A stretch of 64,000 nucleotides of DNA from positions 16,255 to 80,254 of the forward strand of contig JAJYHK010000004.1 of NCBI GenBank assembly GCA_021784815.1, read 5' to 3'. Each line of letters starts with the position of its first letter. Within the stretch, counting starts at the first letter, position 1. This DNA comes from a bacterium. Lineage in GTDB: Bacteria > Patescibacteriota > Minisyncoccia > Phycocordibacterales > Phycocordibacteraceae. A model generated the notes under the pieces. That model saw nothing but the letters and a program-made list of their open reading frames with translations. It searched no databases and was not told where the DNA came from. A program made the translations under genes and the position numbers. Shown here piece by piece: positions 47,329 through 57,589 of the stretch.

Positions 47329-49809
47329 ATGGCCCGAGGCAGAAACAACGAGAACCCTACCGAGGCACTGACGGTAGAGCACCAGAACGTTATTGATCAG
47401 TCGATTGTCGCCGAGATGCGCCAGTCGTACGTCGACTACGCGATGAGCGTGATCACGAGCCGCGCGCTCCCGGACGTGCGCGACGGCTTGAAGCCGGTGC
47501 ACCGGCGCATCCTTTACGCGATGAAGGACATTGGCCTCACACCCAGTGCGAAGTTCCGCAAGTCGGCCGCTGTAGTCGGCGATGTGCTGGCAAAATACCA
47601 CCCGCATGGCGACAGCGCGGTGTACGACGCTATGGCCAAGCTTGCACAGGACTTCGCGACGCGGTATCCGCTCGTCTTGGGCCAGGGTAACTTCGGCTCG
47701 ATCGACGGCGACTCGCCCGCGGCTATGCGTTATACCGAGGCGAAGATGTCCCGTGTGGCCGAGGCGCTTCTCGCCGATCTCGACAAGGAGACCGTTGAAT
47801 GGATGCCGAACTACGATGCGACGCGCAACGAACCGATCGTGCTCCCTTCGGCGTTGCCAAACTTGCTTTTAAACGGCACACTCGGTATTGCGGTCGGTAT
47901 GGCGACAAACGTCCCGCCGCACAACCTCCGCGAGGTGGTCGACGCGACCATGCACCTCATCGACAACCCCGACGCGACGACTGAAGACCTTCTGAAGATC
48001 GTAAAAGGCCCGGATTTCCCGCTCGGTGGTATTGCGTTTAACCAAGCCGACCTCATCCACGCGTATAGCACCGGCAAAGGGCCGGTCGTCGTGCGCGGCG
48101 AGGCGGAGATCGTTGATGACAGCAAGCGCGACACGCGCATCGTTATCACAAGCATCCCGTATCGCGTAAATAAGGCCGAGCTCATTACCCGCATCGCCGA
48201 GCTCGTGCAGGACAAGAAGCTTGAGGGCATCCGCGACTTGCGCGACGAATCGACCGAAGACATCCGTATCGTGGTCGAGCTCAAAGGTACCGCGCACCCG
48301 CAGGCGGTCCTCAACGCGCTCTACAAGCACACCGAACTCGAGAGTACCTTCCACTACAACATGCTCGCGCTCGTCGAGGGTGTACCGGAGATGCTCTCGA
48401 TCGGCGGTATGATCGAACAGTTCATCGGCCATCGCCGCGAAGTGGTACGCCGCCGCACCGAGTTCGACCTCAAGAAGGCGAAGGAACGCGAGCACATCCT
48501 GCTCGGTCTCAGCAAGGCGCTCGATCACATCGACGAAGTCATTGCTATCATCAAAAAGGCACCGGACGTACCGACCGCCGATCTCAACCTCCAGAAGAAG
48601 TTCGCCTTCACGCCGCGCCAGACCGCCGCGATTCTCGCGATGCGCCTCCAGACGCTCGCCGGCCTTGAGCGCAAGAAGATCGAGGACGAACTGGAGAGCC
48701 TCCAGGAACTCATTAAGAAGCTCGAAGACATTCTCTCCTCGCCGAAAAAGATTCTCGCGGTGGTGAAGAGCGAGCTCTCGGAGCTGCGCGACAAGTACGG
48801 CGACGACCGCCGCACGAAGATCGTCAAAGGCGGCGTGAAGAATATTTCCGTAGAAGACCTTGTGCCCGACGAGGAAAGCATGCTCGTGCTCACGCACGGC
48901 GGGTACGTAAAGCGCACGAACCCATCCGAGTACCGCCGCCAGAAGCGCGGCGGCGTGGGTGTCGTCGACATCGCGACCAAGGAAGAGGACGTGGTGATGC
49001 ACTTCCTCGTAGCGAGCGCGCATGACGGCCTTCTCTTCTTTACGACCGCGGGCAAGGTGTACCAGCTCAAAATGTATGAGATTCCCGAAGGCAAGCGCGC
49101 AACAAAGGGTAAGTCCATCATGAACTTCCTCCCGCTTGCAGCCGAGGAGCGTGTCTCGAGCATTCTCCCGGTGCCCAAGGGCGCGGCGCTCGATGCCTCG
49201 AGCGTGGTGCTTGTTACCAAAGAGGGGGTGGTGAAGCGCGTCTCCGCCAAGAGTTTTGCCGATGTGCGCAAGAGCGGTATCATCGCGGTGAACCTCAAGA
49301 ACGGCGACGAGCTTATCGCCGCCGACCTCGCGGCCGAGGGCGACACCGTCTCTATCGTCACGAGCAAGGGCCAGTCGGTGCGCTTCGACGTCGACGATGT
49401 GCGCGAGATGGGCCGCACGGCCGGCGGCGTTCGTGGTATGGGCGTGAAGAAGAGCGACCACGTCGTCGCAGCGCAGGTGATCCGCGCTGAATACAACAAG
49501 TCCGGCGCGCTTCTCGTAGTCATGAGCAGGGGCTACGGCAAGCATACGCCGATTAGCGAGTACAAGGTGCAGGGCAGGGGCGGCAGCGGTATCAAGACCG
49601 CTGAGGTGACTGCGAAGACCGGCGACGTCATCGGCGCCCGCATCATCGCGGGCGATGGCGCGGAAGACGAACTCGTCGTGGTCTCAAAAAAGGGGCAGGT
49701 GATCCGTACGACGGTCGCGGAGATCCCCTCACTTTCCCGCGCGACCCAGGGTGTGCGCATCATGAAGATGCGCGAGGGCGATTCCATTGCGAGTATGGCG
49801 GTGTTGTAG
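47329..49809 (+). CDS. gyrA: DNA gyrase subunit A
   Basis: [29 protein letters not shown], GyrA-box-like QKRGGVG. Confidence 0.97.
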   Translation: MARGRNNENPTEALTVEHQNVIDQSIVAEMRQSYVDYAMSVITSRALPDVRDGLKPVHRRILYAMKDIGLTPSAKFRKSAAVVGDVLAKYHPHGDSAVYDAMAKLAQDFATRYPLVLGQGNFGSIDGDSPAAMRYTEAKMSRVAEALLADLDKETVEWMPNYDATRNEPIVLPSALPNLLLNGTLGIAVGMATNVPPHNLREVVDATMHLIDNPDATTEDLLKIVKGPDFPLGGIAFNQADLIHAYSTGKGPVVVRGEAEIVDDSKRDTRIVITSIPYRVNKAELITRIAELVQDKKLEGIRDLRDESTEDIRIVVELKGTAHPQAVLNALYKHTELESTFHYNMLALVEGVPEMLSIGGMIEQFIGHRREVVRRRTEFDLKKAKEREHILLGLSKALDHIDEVIAIIKKAPDVPTADLNLQKKFAFTPRQTAAILAMRLQTLAGLERKKIEDELESLQELIKKLEDILSSPKKILAVVKSELSELRDKYGDDRRTKIVKGGVKNISVEDLVPDEESMLVLTHGGYVKRTNPSEYRRQKRGGVGVVDIATKEEDVVMHFLVASAHDGLLFFTTAGKVYQLKMYEIPEGKRATKGKSIMNFLPLAAEERVSSILPVPKGAALDASSVVLVTKEGVVKRVSAKSFADVRKSGIIAVNLKNGDELIAADLAAEGDTVSIVTSKGQSVRFDVDDVREMGRTAGGVRGMGVKKSDHVVAAQVIRAEYNKSGALLVVMSRGYGKHTPISEYKVQGRGGSGIKTAEVTAKTGDVIGARIIAGDGAEDELVVVSKKGQVIRTTVAEIPSLSRATQGVRIMKMREGDSIASMAVL

Positions 49810-49945
49810 CATCCTGCATCTGGGAGCTTTTGTTCGTTCCGCTCCGGTATGCGTAAGCCCCAGGGTTCCAACCCGGGGCTTGTATGGCACTATTCTACAC
49901 GGCTTTGCTCAAAGAGCTTACGGGCCTAGACAGCCGTTTGTATGG

Positions 49946-50863
49946 TTACACCCTCATTGACTTCCGCAGCTTCTTGATGGCGCGTATCTCGATTTGTCGT
50001 ATGCACTCTTGCGAGACGGTGTACTCTCGCGCCAGATCTCTCAGTGTAACTGGGTCGTCCCGCAAGCGGCGCATGTCCAGAATGTGCTGCTCGCGCTCCG
50101 TCAGCTCCTCCAGTGCTTTGGCGAGCAGCACTTTACGTTCGGACAACTCTTCGCGTTCGGCAAAATCGCTCTCTTGGTTAGAGGATTCATCCACCAGCAA
50201 ATCCTGCCATTCGTCTGTGCTGTCATGGCGCACCGGAGCGTTAAGGCTACACTCCGGTGCCGCTAAACGGTAGTTCATGGTGACTACGTCTTGCACTGAT
50301 ACGTTAAGCACGCGGGCGATTTCCTCCACTTGTTCGCGTTGCAGATCGCCTTCATCGATCACTTGCATCTTGCCCTTCAGCCGCCGCAGGTTGAAGAACA
50401 GTTTCTTCTGTGAGGCCGAGGTTCCCATCCTCACCAGCGACCAGGAGCGCAGGATGTACGACTGGATCTCGGCGCGGATCCACCACACGGCGTAGGCTGC
50501 GAGGTGGGAGCCGCGATCTGGATCGAACCGATGCGCCGCTCGTATCATGCCGACGCTGCCCTCGGAGATCAATTCGCTGATCGGCAGACCGTAGCCACGG
50601 TAATTCAAAGCAATTTTTACGACGAGTCGCAGATGGGAGGTGACCAGCATGTGTACCGCTGCCACCTCCTTGTAATCGCGCCAACGGCGAGAGAGCTCGA
50701 GCTCTTTCTCCGCGGACAGCACAGGAAATGTGCGGATCTTCTCGAGATACCGCGCAATGTTGCCCTCATGGGCTACAGCTGCGGACGCCACGTGATTTCT
50801 CTCCGTTCGTTTTGGTTTGTGCGTTGAGCGGACAATACCGCCCAACCGATTCTGCTGTACCAC
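49946..50863 (-). CDS. rpoH: RNA polymerase sigma-32 factor RpoH-like
   Basis: SHLRLVVKIA..YRGYGLP, YILRSWSLV, RpoH box QKKLFFNLR. Confidence 0.88.
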   Translation of the reverse strand: MVQQNRLGGIVRSTHKPKRTERNHVASAAVAHEGNIARYLEKIRTFPVLSAEKELELSRRWRDYKEVAAVHMLVTSHLRLVVKIALNYRGYGLPISELISEGSVGMIRAAHRFDPDRGSHLAAYAVWWIRAEIQSYILRSWSLVRMGTSASQKKLFFNLRRLKGKMQVIDEGDLQREQVEEIARVLNVSVQDVVTMNYRLAAPECSLNAPVRHDSTDEWQDLLVDESSNQESDFAEREELSERKVLLAKALEELTEREQHILDMRRLRDDPVTLRDLAREYTVSQECIRQIEIRAIKKLRKSMRV

Positions 50864-50954
50864 TTCTGCCTTTCAAAGGCAAGTGTTGTTCTCCTGAATT
50901 CTAGTCTGAAGCGCAACGCGCGTTTCCCTTGGCGCTGCTCCGTCTCGGTATGCG

Positions 50955-50985
50955 TACTACTCCAGGACAAAGTCCTGGAGTAGTA
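50955..50985. repeat. 14-bp perfect inverted repeat upstream of rpoH
   Basis: TACTACTCCAGGAC-AAA-GTCCTGGAGTAGTA. Confidence 0.6.
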
Positions 50986-51008
50986 GTGCCAGTTCGAACA
51001 GGGAGGCA

Positions 51009-51048
51009 AAACACACGAGCGCCCGCGAAAGCGGGCGCTCGTGTGTTT
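51009..51048 (-). terminator. Terminator of the cold-shock gene
   Basis: AAACACACGAGCGCCCGC/GCGGGCGCTCGTGTGTTT. Confidence 0.75.
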
Positions 51049-51053
51049 GGTCG

Positions 51054-51260
51054 TTAGACCTTGCTCACGTTTACGGCGTTCGGTCCTTTCGGGCTGTTGC
51101 CAACCTCGAACGAGACCGCATCTCCTTCGCGAAGCTCATCGAACGACACGTTCGTGAGCTCGTTGCTGTGGAAGAAGAGATCCTTCGATTCGCCGTCACG
51201 CTTAATGAAGCCGAAACCCTTGTCGGTTTTCTTGGCTACGATTCCTTGCTGCATGACCAT
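51054..51260 (-). CDS. Cold-shock protein
   Basis: KGFGFI, DLFFH, KGPNAVNV. Confidence 0.95.
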   Translation of the reverse strand: MVMQQGIVAKKTDKGFGFIKRDGESKDLFFHSNELTNVSFDELREGDAVSFEVGNSPKGPNAVNVSKV

Positions 51261-51481
51261 TCAATTGGTGTGACCAAAATATCAATTCAGGTTCCGAAGA
51301 GAGAAGCTCGATCCGTTACTTCTTCTAGATCCAGCCTGGTTGATGGTGTAACAGTAGCAATACCAGGCCATTTGTCAATGACTATGTGACTATTGACCTT
51401 TTATATATGGCTCGCGCGGCATTCTTTTGTTGATTCTGGACGCATTAGGTTGCGGCCGCATGGTATTTTAAAAGAGAAAAT

Positions 51482-52015
51482 ATGAGCGCCTCATTTAGCG
51501 ATCCGCGTGAGAATGTCTTGCAGGCTGGTTTGCGCGAGGGCATGCGTGTTGCGGATTTTGGTACCGGTACGGGCCACTATGCGCGCGCGGCGCTCGGAGT
51601 AGTCGGTCCGGAAGGGCGCGTGTATGCCATAGACGTGCAAGAGGACGTGCTCAAACACTCTGCGCTCGACGCGCGCGGGCACCATCATGCGATCGAAACC
51701 ATTTGGGGTGATATTGAGAAGCTGGGCGGTACCCATCTACGCGAACAGGCGCTCGATGCGATTATCCTCGCGAACACGCTTTTTCAAATAGAGCATCGTG
51801 CCGCGCTTGTTGGAGAAATCAAACGCGTACTCAAACCAGGCGGGCGATTGCTCGTGGTCGACTGGACTGGGAGCCACGGCGGTATCGGCCCGGCGCCGCA
51901 GCATGTGGTTGACGAGTACGCCGCAGAAGCGCTCTTTGCCGGTGCCGGCTTCCGTAAAGAAAAGAGTTTCCGCGCCGGGCCGCACCATTACGGCATTGTC
52001 TTTATTGCGCCATGA
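51482..52015 (+). CDS. Class I SAM-dependent methyltransferase
   Basis: VADFGTGTG, YAIDVQ, LKPGGRLLVVDW. Confidence 0.88.
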   Translation: MSASFSDPRENVLQAGLREGMRVADFGTGTGHYARAALGVVGPEGRVYAIDVQEDVLKHSALDARGHHHAIETIWGDIEKLGGTHLREQALDAIILANTLFQIEHRAALVGEIKRVLKPGGRLLVVDWTGSHGGIGPAPQHVVDEYAAEALFAGAGFRKEKSFRAGPHHYGIVFIAP

Positions 52016-53328
52016 AAAAACTCACGACCTTCAAAATCGTCCTTTTCGCGTTTTTTATCGTCGGCGCGCTTGCAGGGCTCGTTGCGTTTTCGCTTTATCA
52101 AGGCGGCAGTTCCGGTGCAAAAGGCGTAGGAACGGTCGTCATTTGGGGTACGCTGCCGCAAGCCAGCATGGATGCCACGCTGCAGGCCGCGAAACAGAGC
52201 GATCAAAGTCTCAAGGGCGTGTCCTACGTAGAGAAGAATCCCGCAACGCTCGCGGCGGACCTCGCGACTGCGATCGCCACGGACAACGCGCCGGGCCTTG
52301 TGCTTGCGTCGCAACAGGAGCTCTACTCGATCCACCGGTTTCTCGCGTCTATCCCGCTCTCCTCGCTTCCGGTGAGCACGTTTGAGAATACGTTCATTAG
52401 CGAAGGGAATCTGTTCCGTGTGCCGAATAACGGCGGCTATTATGGGATGCCGTTCCTCGTCGATCCGCTCGTGCTGTTTTCAAATAACGCTATTCTTGCA
52501 TCGGACAATATTGCGCTCCCGCCCTCAACCTGGGATGCGCTCACCGGGCTCGTGCCAAACGTTGCGGTGTACTCGTCGACTCGGCAGGTTACGCGCGGGC
52601 TGATTGCTCTCGGCTCGTACGATAACGTGCAAAATGCGCAAGCAATCATTTCCGCGATCCTGCTTCAAGAAGGAGTATCAGTAACGGCGTATGGCGGGGC
52701 CGGGAATGTGGTGGCGAACCTGAACGAATCACAGGGAGCGAGCGGCCAGCTGCCCGGAGAGGCGGCAGTGCGCTTTTACACGCAGTTCGCCGACCCGTCG
52801 AAGGTCTCGTACACTTGGAACCAGTCGATGCCGAACTCACAGCAAGCATTTTCCTCGGGCGACCTCGCGCTCTACCTTGGTTTCGCCTCCGAGGCGAGCT
52901 ACTTCACGAGTGCGAATCCGAATCTTGCGTTTACCGTGTCGCCGCTTCCGCAGCTTGCGGGTGCCGCGACAAAAACGACGTACGGGAAGCTCTATGCATT
53001 CATGGTTCCGCGCGCAAGTCCGAACATCGCGGGCGCGTATGCCGCCGCGTCAGCACTCATCGGTATCTCCGATGAAAAGGCCGCCGCGGTAGCGACAGGA
53101 TTAGCGCCGGCGGTCCGACAGGTACTCGCGAGCGCGTCGGCGCAAGACCCTGTTGCCGCCGTCGCCTATGCGTCGGCGCTCTATGCCGCGGGGTGGCTTT
53201 CCCCAGCTCCTGCCGACACTGACCGGGTCTTTTCGGCTATGATTACGAGTGTGCTGAACGGCAGCGCTACCTTTGCGACCGCGGTGAGTACGGCGCAATC
53301 CTCGCTCAACGCGCTGCTCCAATCATGA
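52012..53328 (+). CDS. Extracellular solute-binding protein (family 1-like)
   Basis: TM anchor, VVIWGT, YGMPFLVDPLVLF, PSTWD, FSSGDLALY. Confidence 0.85.
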   Translation: MKKLTTFKIVLFAFFIVGALAGLVAFSLYQGGSSGAKGVGTVVIWGTLPQASMDATLQAAKQSDQSLKGVSYVEKNPATLAADLATAIATDNAPGLVLASQQELYSIHRFLASIPLSSLPVSTFENTFISEGNLFRVPNNGGYYGMPFLVDPLVLFSNNAILASDNIALPPSTWDALTGLVPNVAVYSSTRQVTRGLIALGSYDNVQNAQAIISAILLQEGVSVTAYGGAGNVVANLNESQGASGQLPGEAAVRFYTQFADPSKVSYTWNQSMPNSQQAFSSGDLALYLGFASEASYFTSANPNLAFTVSPLPQLAGAATKTTYGKLYAFMVPRASPNIAGAYAAASALIGISDEKAAAVATGLAPAVRQVLASASAQDPVAAVAYASALYAAGWLSPAPADTDRVFSAMITSVLNGSATFATAVSTAQSSLNALLQS

Positions 53329-53837
53329 ACCCTCTCAATTTCCAGCTCCAGTGCTATCGCGCAAGAGCGCTTGTCTCCCTCCTGGCCGGTCTGCTGTTTT
53401 TGGTCATTCTTATTCCACACTTGGCTTTCGCTGCGGTGTCGAATACTAATACTAACGGAACTCCCGTGAATTCCCCGACCTACGGAGGAACAAACGGAAT
53501 GCCCATGTCTAATCCTGGTCAAGGCGGGGGAGGGTCATACTCATTTCCCAATCCGCTCGGCCAAGGGACAACACTCACGACGCTCCTTATGGATATCTTG
53601 AACCTCGTCATGCAGCTCGGCACGGTCGCGGTCATCCTCATGCTCGTATATACCGGTTTCAAATACGTCGCTGCACGGGGCAACCCGGGGGCGATCACAA
53701 GTGCACATCAGGCGCTCGCGTGGACCGTGGTTGGTGCGCTCATTCTGCTCGGCTCCGCAGCGATTGCGCAAGGTATCTGCGCCACGGTTGTCGCCCTTGG
53801 CAACGGTTCCGGCAGCTGTCCTTCGCTCCTGCCATGA
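53325..53837 (+). CDS. TrbC/VirB2-like pilin 1
   Basis: Signal peptide ending AFA; NPL; GFKYVAARGNP; WTVVG; 2 TM. Confidence 0.8.
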   Translation: MNPLNFQLQCYRARALVSLLAGLLFLVILIPHLAFAAVSNTNTNGTPVNSPTYGGTNGMPMSNPGQGGGGSYSFPNPLGQGTTLTTLLMDILNLVMQLGTVAVILMLVYTGFKYVAARGNPGAITSAHQALAWTVVGALILLGSAAIAQGICATVVALGNGSGSCPSLLP

Positions 53838-54106
53838 TAACGTTCGCACAGCTTGTCGGATCGGGTACCACGGGCATCATCGGCCTTATTAATGTCGTAG
53901 TCATCCCCGTTATCTTCACACTTGCCTTTGCCGCATTCATTTGGGGCGTCGTGAACGCGTTTATCTTGCACGGCGGTGACGGTACCACGCAAAAGAAGGG
54001 CCGCGATGTGGCGCTCTGGGGTCTCATTGGTCTCGTGCTGCTTTTTTCCATCTGGAGCGTCGTGAACATCCTTTTATCCACGGTTGGCATCGTGCCTGGC
54101 AGCTAG
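53834..54106 (+). CDS. Pilin-like protein 2
   Basis: VIPVIFTLAF..FIWG...LWGLIG...SIWS. Confidence 0.75.
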   Translation: MITFAQLVGSGTTGIIGLINVVVIPVIFTLAFAAFIWGVVNAFILHGGDGTTQKKGRDVALWGLIGLVLLFSIWSVVNILLSTVGIVPGS

Positions 54107-54125
54107 CTCTGCTATCGTTAGGTAT

Positions 54126-54578
54126 ATGTATTTTCCTACTCCATTCACTTTCGGCGGTTGCTTCACTGGGATCTGCTATATGAGTAACCTCATTGTTGGC
54201 ACTATCAACAATGTGCTCGTTCCGGTTATATTCGCGATAGCTTTTATTGTCTTCTTGTGGGGCATTGCGAATGCGTACGTGATTTCTCGCGGCAATGAAG
54301 CAAAAGTAAAACAGGGCCATCAGCTTATTTTGTGGGGTCTCGTCGGTTTCTTTTTTATGCTCTCGATATGGGGTCTCGTAAACATCATTGCGAATACGTT
54401 CGGTATCTCCGGCGGTCCCGGACCTCCGACTCCAGTCTACTTCCCCTATACATACGGACAGTCGCCGGTGTATCCCGGGTACTCAAGCCCTACCCCAGGT
54501 GCATATAATTCCACGCCAAATACAAATCCCGCTCCATCAACCGCAGCTCCTAGTAGTGTAAGTCCCGGGGTACTATGA
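54126..54578 (+). CDS. Pilin-like protein 3 with P/S/T-rich tail
   Basis: LVPVIFAIAFIVFLWG...LWGLVGFF..SIWGLVNI. Confidence 0.75.
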   Translation: MYFPTPFTFGGCFTGICYMSNLIVGTINNVLVPVIFAIAFIVFLWGIANAYVISRGNEAKVKQGHQLILWGLVGFFFMLSIWGLVNIIANTFGISGGPGPPTPVYFPYTYGQSPVYPGYSSPTPGAYNSTPNTNPAPSTAAPSSVSPGVL

Positions 54579-54613
54579 CAGTACATTGCTTTCAAGCACT
54601 TAATTAACTCTGT

Positions 54614-54916
54614 ATGAGTAGCGGCATAAATATCCCCTATATCCAGAGCTGGGCAGGAGGCATCATTGGGCTCATAAATTACGTGCTGATCCCGGTACTC
54701 CTTGCCATTGCGTTCTTTGTTTTCTTGCTCGGGGTTCTGCGTGCCTATATTTTCTCGAGAGGCGATGCTAAAGCGCGAGAGAGTGGTCATCAGCTTGTCC
54801 TTTGGGGTGCTGTCGGTTTTACTATCGTGCTTTCGGTCTGGGGTCTCGTCGCGCTGGTTGGCTCGACCTTCGGGCTTATCTCGGGCGGCGCGGCGCCGCC
54901 CTACCCGACGCTCTAG
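54614..54916 (+). CDS. Pilin-like protein 4
   Basis: LIPVLLAIAFFVFLLG...LWGAVGF...SVWGLV. Confidence 0.75.
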   Translation: MSSGINIPYIQSWAGGIIGLINYVLIPVLLAIAFFVFLLGVLRAYIFSRGDAKARESGHQLVLWGAVGFTIVLSVWGLVALVGSTFGLISGGAAPPYPTL

Positions 54917-54997
54917 CTATCCACACGCTGCCGCAGAACGGCTCGCATTCACCGGGGAGTGCGTATACAATGAAATCGTTATCCGTTTATCTTATCT

Positions 54998-55375
54998 ATG
55001 AAAAAAGCTTTCGTTCTCGCTGCTAGCACCATTGTTGCTGCACTTCTGCCTGCGATTGCCTTTGCCGCGCAGATCAACAACATCAACGACATCGGCGCAT
55101 TTATCGTCACTACGATCAACAGTCTCATTGTGCCGGTTCTCTTCGCTATTGCTTTCGTCGTTTTCCTCTTCGGTGCCTTTCAGGCGTTCATTCTGGGCCA
55201 CAATAGTGATGATGCGCATAAGAAAGGCAAGAACCTTATGCTCTACGGCCTCGTTGGCTTCTTTGTGATGGTCTCGGTGTGGGGCCTCGTGAACATCCTC
55301 ACCGGTACTATTGGCTTCGGCAACACCAACGGTCCGACGGGCGGCTACCCCTCGGCTGGCGTGAACGTTCCGTAG
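54998..55375 (+). CDS. Pilin-like protein 5 (with signal peptide)
   Basis: MKK...AFA signal; IVPVLFAIAFVVFLFG...YGLVGFF..SVWGLVNI. Confidence 0.8.
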   Translation: MKKAFVLAASTIVAALLPAIAFAAQINNINDIGAFIVTTINSLIVPVLFAIAFVVFLFGAFQAFILGHNSDDAHKKGKNLMLYGLVGFFVMVSVWGLVNILTGTIGFGNTNGPTGGYPSAGVNVP

Positions 55376-55449
55376 CGACGATGGGACGAGATGATGCGCG
55401 CCCGTGCTTTGCGCAGGCGCGTATCATGCATTCAAGCGTAAGGTGACCT

Positions 55450-55728
55450 ATGCCCGTCATAAACTCATTTCTCGACAGCGTGATCGTACAGATCATCAAT
55501 CCGATCATCTTGCTGCTTTCCGCGGGCGCGTTTGTTGTGCTCGCGTGGGGCATCTTCGAGTTCATCTGGAAGGCGGACGACGATAAGGCGCGGGAAACGG
55601 GACGGAGAGCCATTCTTTGGGGCTTTGTCGGGCTCGCGATCATCTTTGGCGCGTACGGCATCATCAACACCGCGCTCGGTGCGTTTAATATCGCGCCTGT
55701 TACGAAAGTAACTCAGACGCAGCCTTAG
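55450..55728 (+). CDS. Pilin-like protein 6
   Basis: IINPII...WGIF...GRRAILWGFVG...YGIIN. Confidence 0.75.
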   Translation: MPVINSFLDSVIVQIINPIILLLSAGAFVVLAWGIFEFIWKADDDKARETGRRAILWGFVGLAIIFGAYGIINTALGAFNIAPVTKVTQTQP

Positions 55729-55747
55729 GCCGATCGGGGAAAAGAAG

Positions 55748-55781
55748 AACCGCGTCATCCACCAAGGTGGATGACGCGGTT
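55748..55781. terminator. Terminator hairpin between convergent genes
   Basis: AACCGCGTCATCCACC/GGTGGATGACGCGGTT. Confidence 0.7.
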
Positions 55782-55822
55782 TGCGCGTGGGAGATGTGCA
55801 GGTTGTTTCCGGGCGTGGCAGG

Positions 55823-56539
55823 TTATGTAGGTGCGCTTTGCGGGCAGGGTGCGGACTGTTTTCCTGGCAAAACGCCCGTGTGGACGAGTCCGTATTCGAA
55901 CCGTATCGGACCGCTTGTGCTGCGGAACCGGTACGTGTTAGCCACTCCTCGCTCATATTCCCATTGAACGGTCTCCCCAACAGGCAGCCAATAGCAGTAT
56001 CGGTACCCGGGAGGGAAGACGGTACCTTCTGTCGGCAAGGCTGGTGTCCAGGTATCCGTGAGGACGCATAGATGCACTGTGCCGAGTTTGTAAGGCATCG
56101 TGCAGGTGTTCTGAGGTCGTGGCGGCAGACCCATGACCTCGGGCCAGAAGAGCTGGATTCCTGCAAAGAGAAAGATGAGCGCCCACACCCCGGCGAATCC
56201 TTTTCCGATTTTCTGGACAAGTGGTTCCGTTCTCGGTATGGCCAGCAAGATAGCCACGGGGAATCCGACCAGAAATATGACCGGGAGCGGGTTATGCAGC
56301 ACATGCTTGACCAAGTTGAGCGGCGTGGACCATTGTACGGTCGCGAAGAGCCAGATAGTATAGGCAATTGCCGCGACGCTTCCCATGACCGCGTAGGCTC
56401 GGACTGCAGACCTCGAAATCAACGTGTCTTTCATGACGCCAAACGGCACTTTGAAGAACGCCGCCGCCACGAAAAGCACGCATACTGCCATGCCCGCGGC
56501 AACAAGCACACCATCCATGCCATTGAAGAGGCCGAGCAT
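55823..56539 (-). CDS. Hypothetical membrane protein
   Basis: 4 TM segments plus a Cys-containing soluble tail; 3 nt downstream of the SPFH gene. Confidence 0.65.
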   Translation of the reverse strand: MLGLFNGMDGVLVAAGMAVCVLFVAAAFFKVPFGVMKDTLISRSAVRAYAVMGSVAAIAYTIWLFATVQWSTPLNLVKHVLHNPLPVIFLVGFPVAILLAIPRTEPLVQKIGKGFAGVWALIFLFAGIQLFWPEVMGLPPRPQNTCTMPYKLGTVHLCVLTDTWTPALPTEGTVFPPGYRYCYWLPVGETVQWEYERGVANTYRFRSTSGPIRFEYGLVHTGVLPGKQSAPCPQSAPT

Positions 56540-56542
56540 TTT

Positions 56543-57589
56543 TTACTCCTTACTGCCAAGGTTAAACGTTCCGAGCACGCCGGAGAGGCCATCGCCGACC
56601 AGGGTCATGTTCGGTTTCGTCTCTCTGAGGACGTTGAGTCCTTGTTGGGTGTTGTAGAAGTCGATGGCTTGCTTGTGGCTCATACCAAGCGTATCCATAA
56701 TTAGCCTGATGGGCTCTATGTAGCCGGCCACTTGGGCTTGGCGTTGTTCGGCTTCGAGCTTGCCTTCGACCGCCTTCTGGCGGAGGGTAACCCATTCTTC
56801 GGGCAGGTCGATGTCTTCAATCACCAGGCTCTTGCCCTCGGGGCGGGGGTATACGCCGACTTCCTTGAACGCGGGCGCAATAATTCCCACGACGGTATCG
56901 GCGATATCGTCGCGATTGGTGTTCGCCTCGTCGATGGTGATTGATTGCAGTCTGGGTCGCAGGACGCTGTCAACCAGGCTGTAGAGGCGCTTGCCGGGGT
57001 CCGTGAAGCCATAGGCCCACCTGTAGACATCCTCTTCAGGATTTGTATTACCGGGCTCTCCGACTTCGACGAACAAGGTCGCGTCAATCGGAGCGGATAT
57101 GCCGCCAACTGACGGAATGCCCTCCGCTACCACCGCGGTACTTACAAAGTCGATTTTGTTGTCTCGATCGAGCGCATAGAGCCGTATCGGCATCGAGCGG
57201 AGATCCCCGACAGAGACCTCGACGAGCTTGCGCTCTTTCCGGTCTGAGACAGACACCGGGCGAATACGGTCAATACCGATGACACGCACGTGCAAGCCGT
57301 TGAAGAAGGTCGTGTGGTATTTGCCGAGCCTCTCGACGACGGCGTACTGCATTTCTTCAAGGGTCATGGCTCCTTTCCATACGCAGAAGCCGAACCAGTT
57401 GAGTGCAACGAACACGCCGGCGCCCGGCAGACCGAATACCCAGGCGACCGTCATTGCCGCGAGTCCAGGGGTAACCCAAACCAAGAATGCGCCGAACCCG
57501 ACACGCTTTCTTGAATGGTGGGTGTGAAGATCGATGTAGAAGCTGACGGCAGTTCCGGCCGTAGCGAAGCCCAAAAGGAGTGCCCACAT
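56543..57589 (-). CDS. SPFH/band-7 domain protein
   Basis: VVERLGKY....GLH...IDRI; IEDIDLP. Confidence 0.8.
   Translation of the reverse strand: MWALLLGFATAGTAVSFYIDLHTHHSRKRVGFGAFLVWVTPGLAAMTVAWVFGLPGAGVFVALNWFGFCVWKGAMTLEEMQYAVVERLGKYHTTFFNGLHVRVIGIDRIRPVSVSDRKERKLVEVSVGDLRSMPIRLYALDRDNKIDFVSTAVVAEGIPSVGGISAPIDATLFVEVGEPGNTNPEEDVYRWAYGFTDPGKRLYSLVDSVLRPRLQSITIDEANTNRDDIADTVVGIIAPAFKEVGVYPRPEGKSLVIEDIDLPEEWVTLRQKAVEGKLEAEQRQAQVAGYIEPIRLIMDTLGMSHKQAIDFYNTQQGLNVLRETKPNMTLVGDGLSGVLGTFNLGSKE

Noticed and set aside
47869-49545. Long antisense ORF over gyrA (likewise over ftsZ, infB and rpsA)
   Set aside because: Shadow ORFs caused by GC-rich codon bias; no recognisable motifs.
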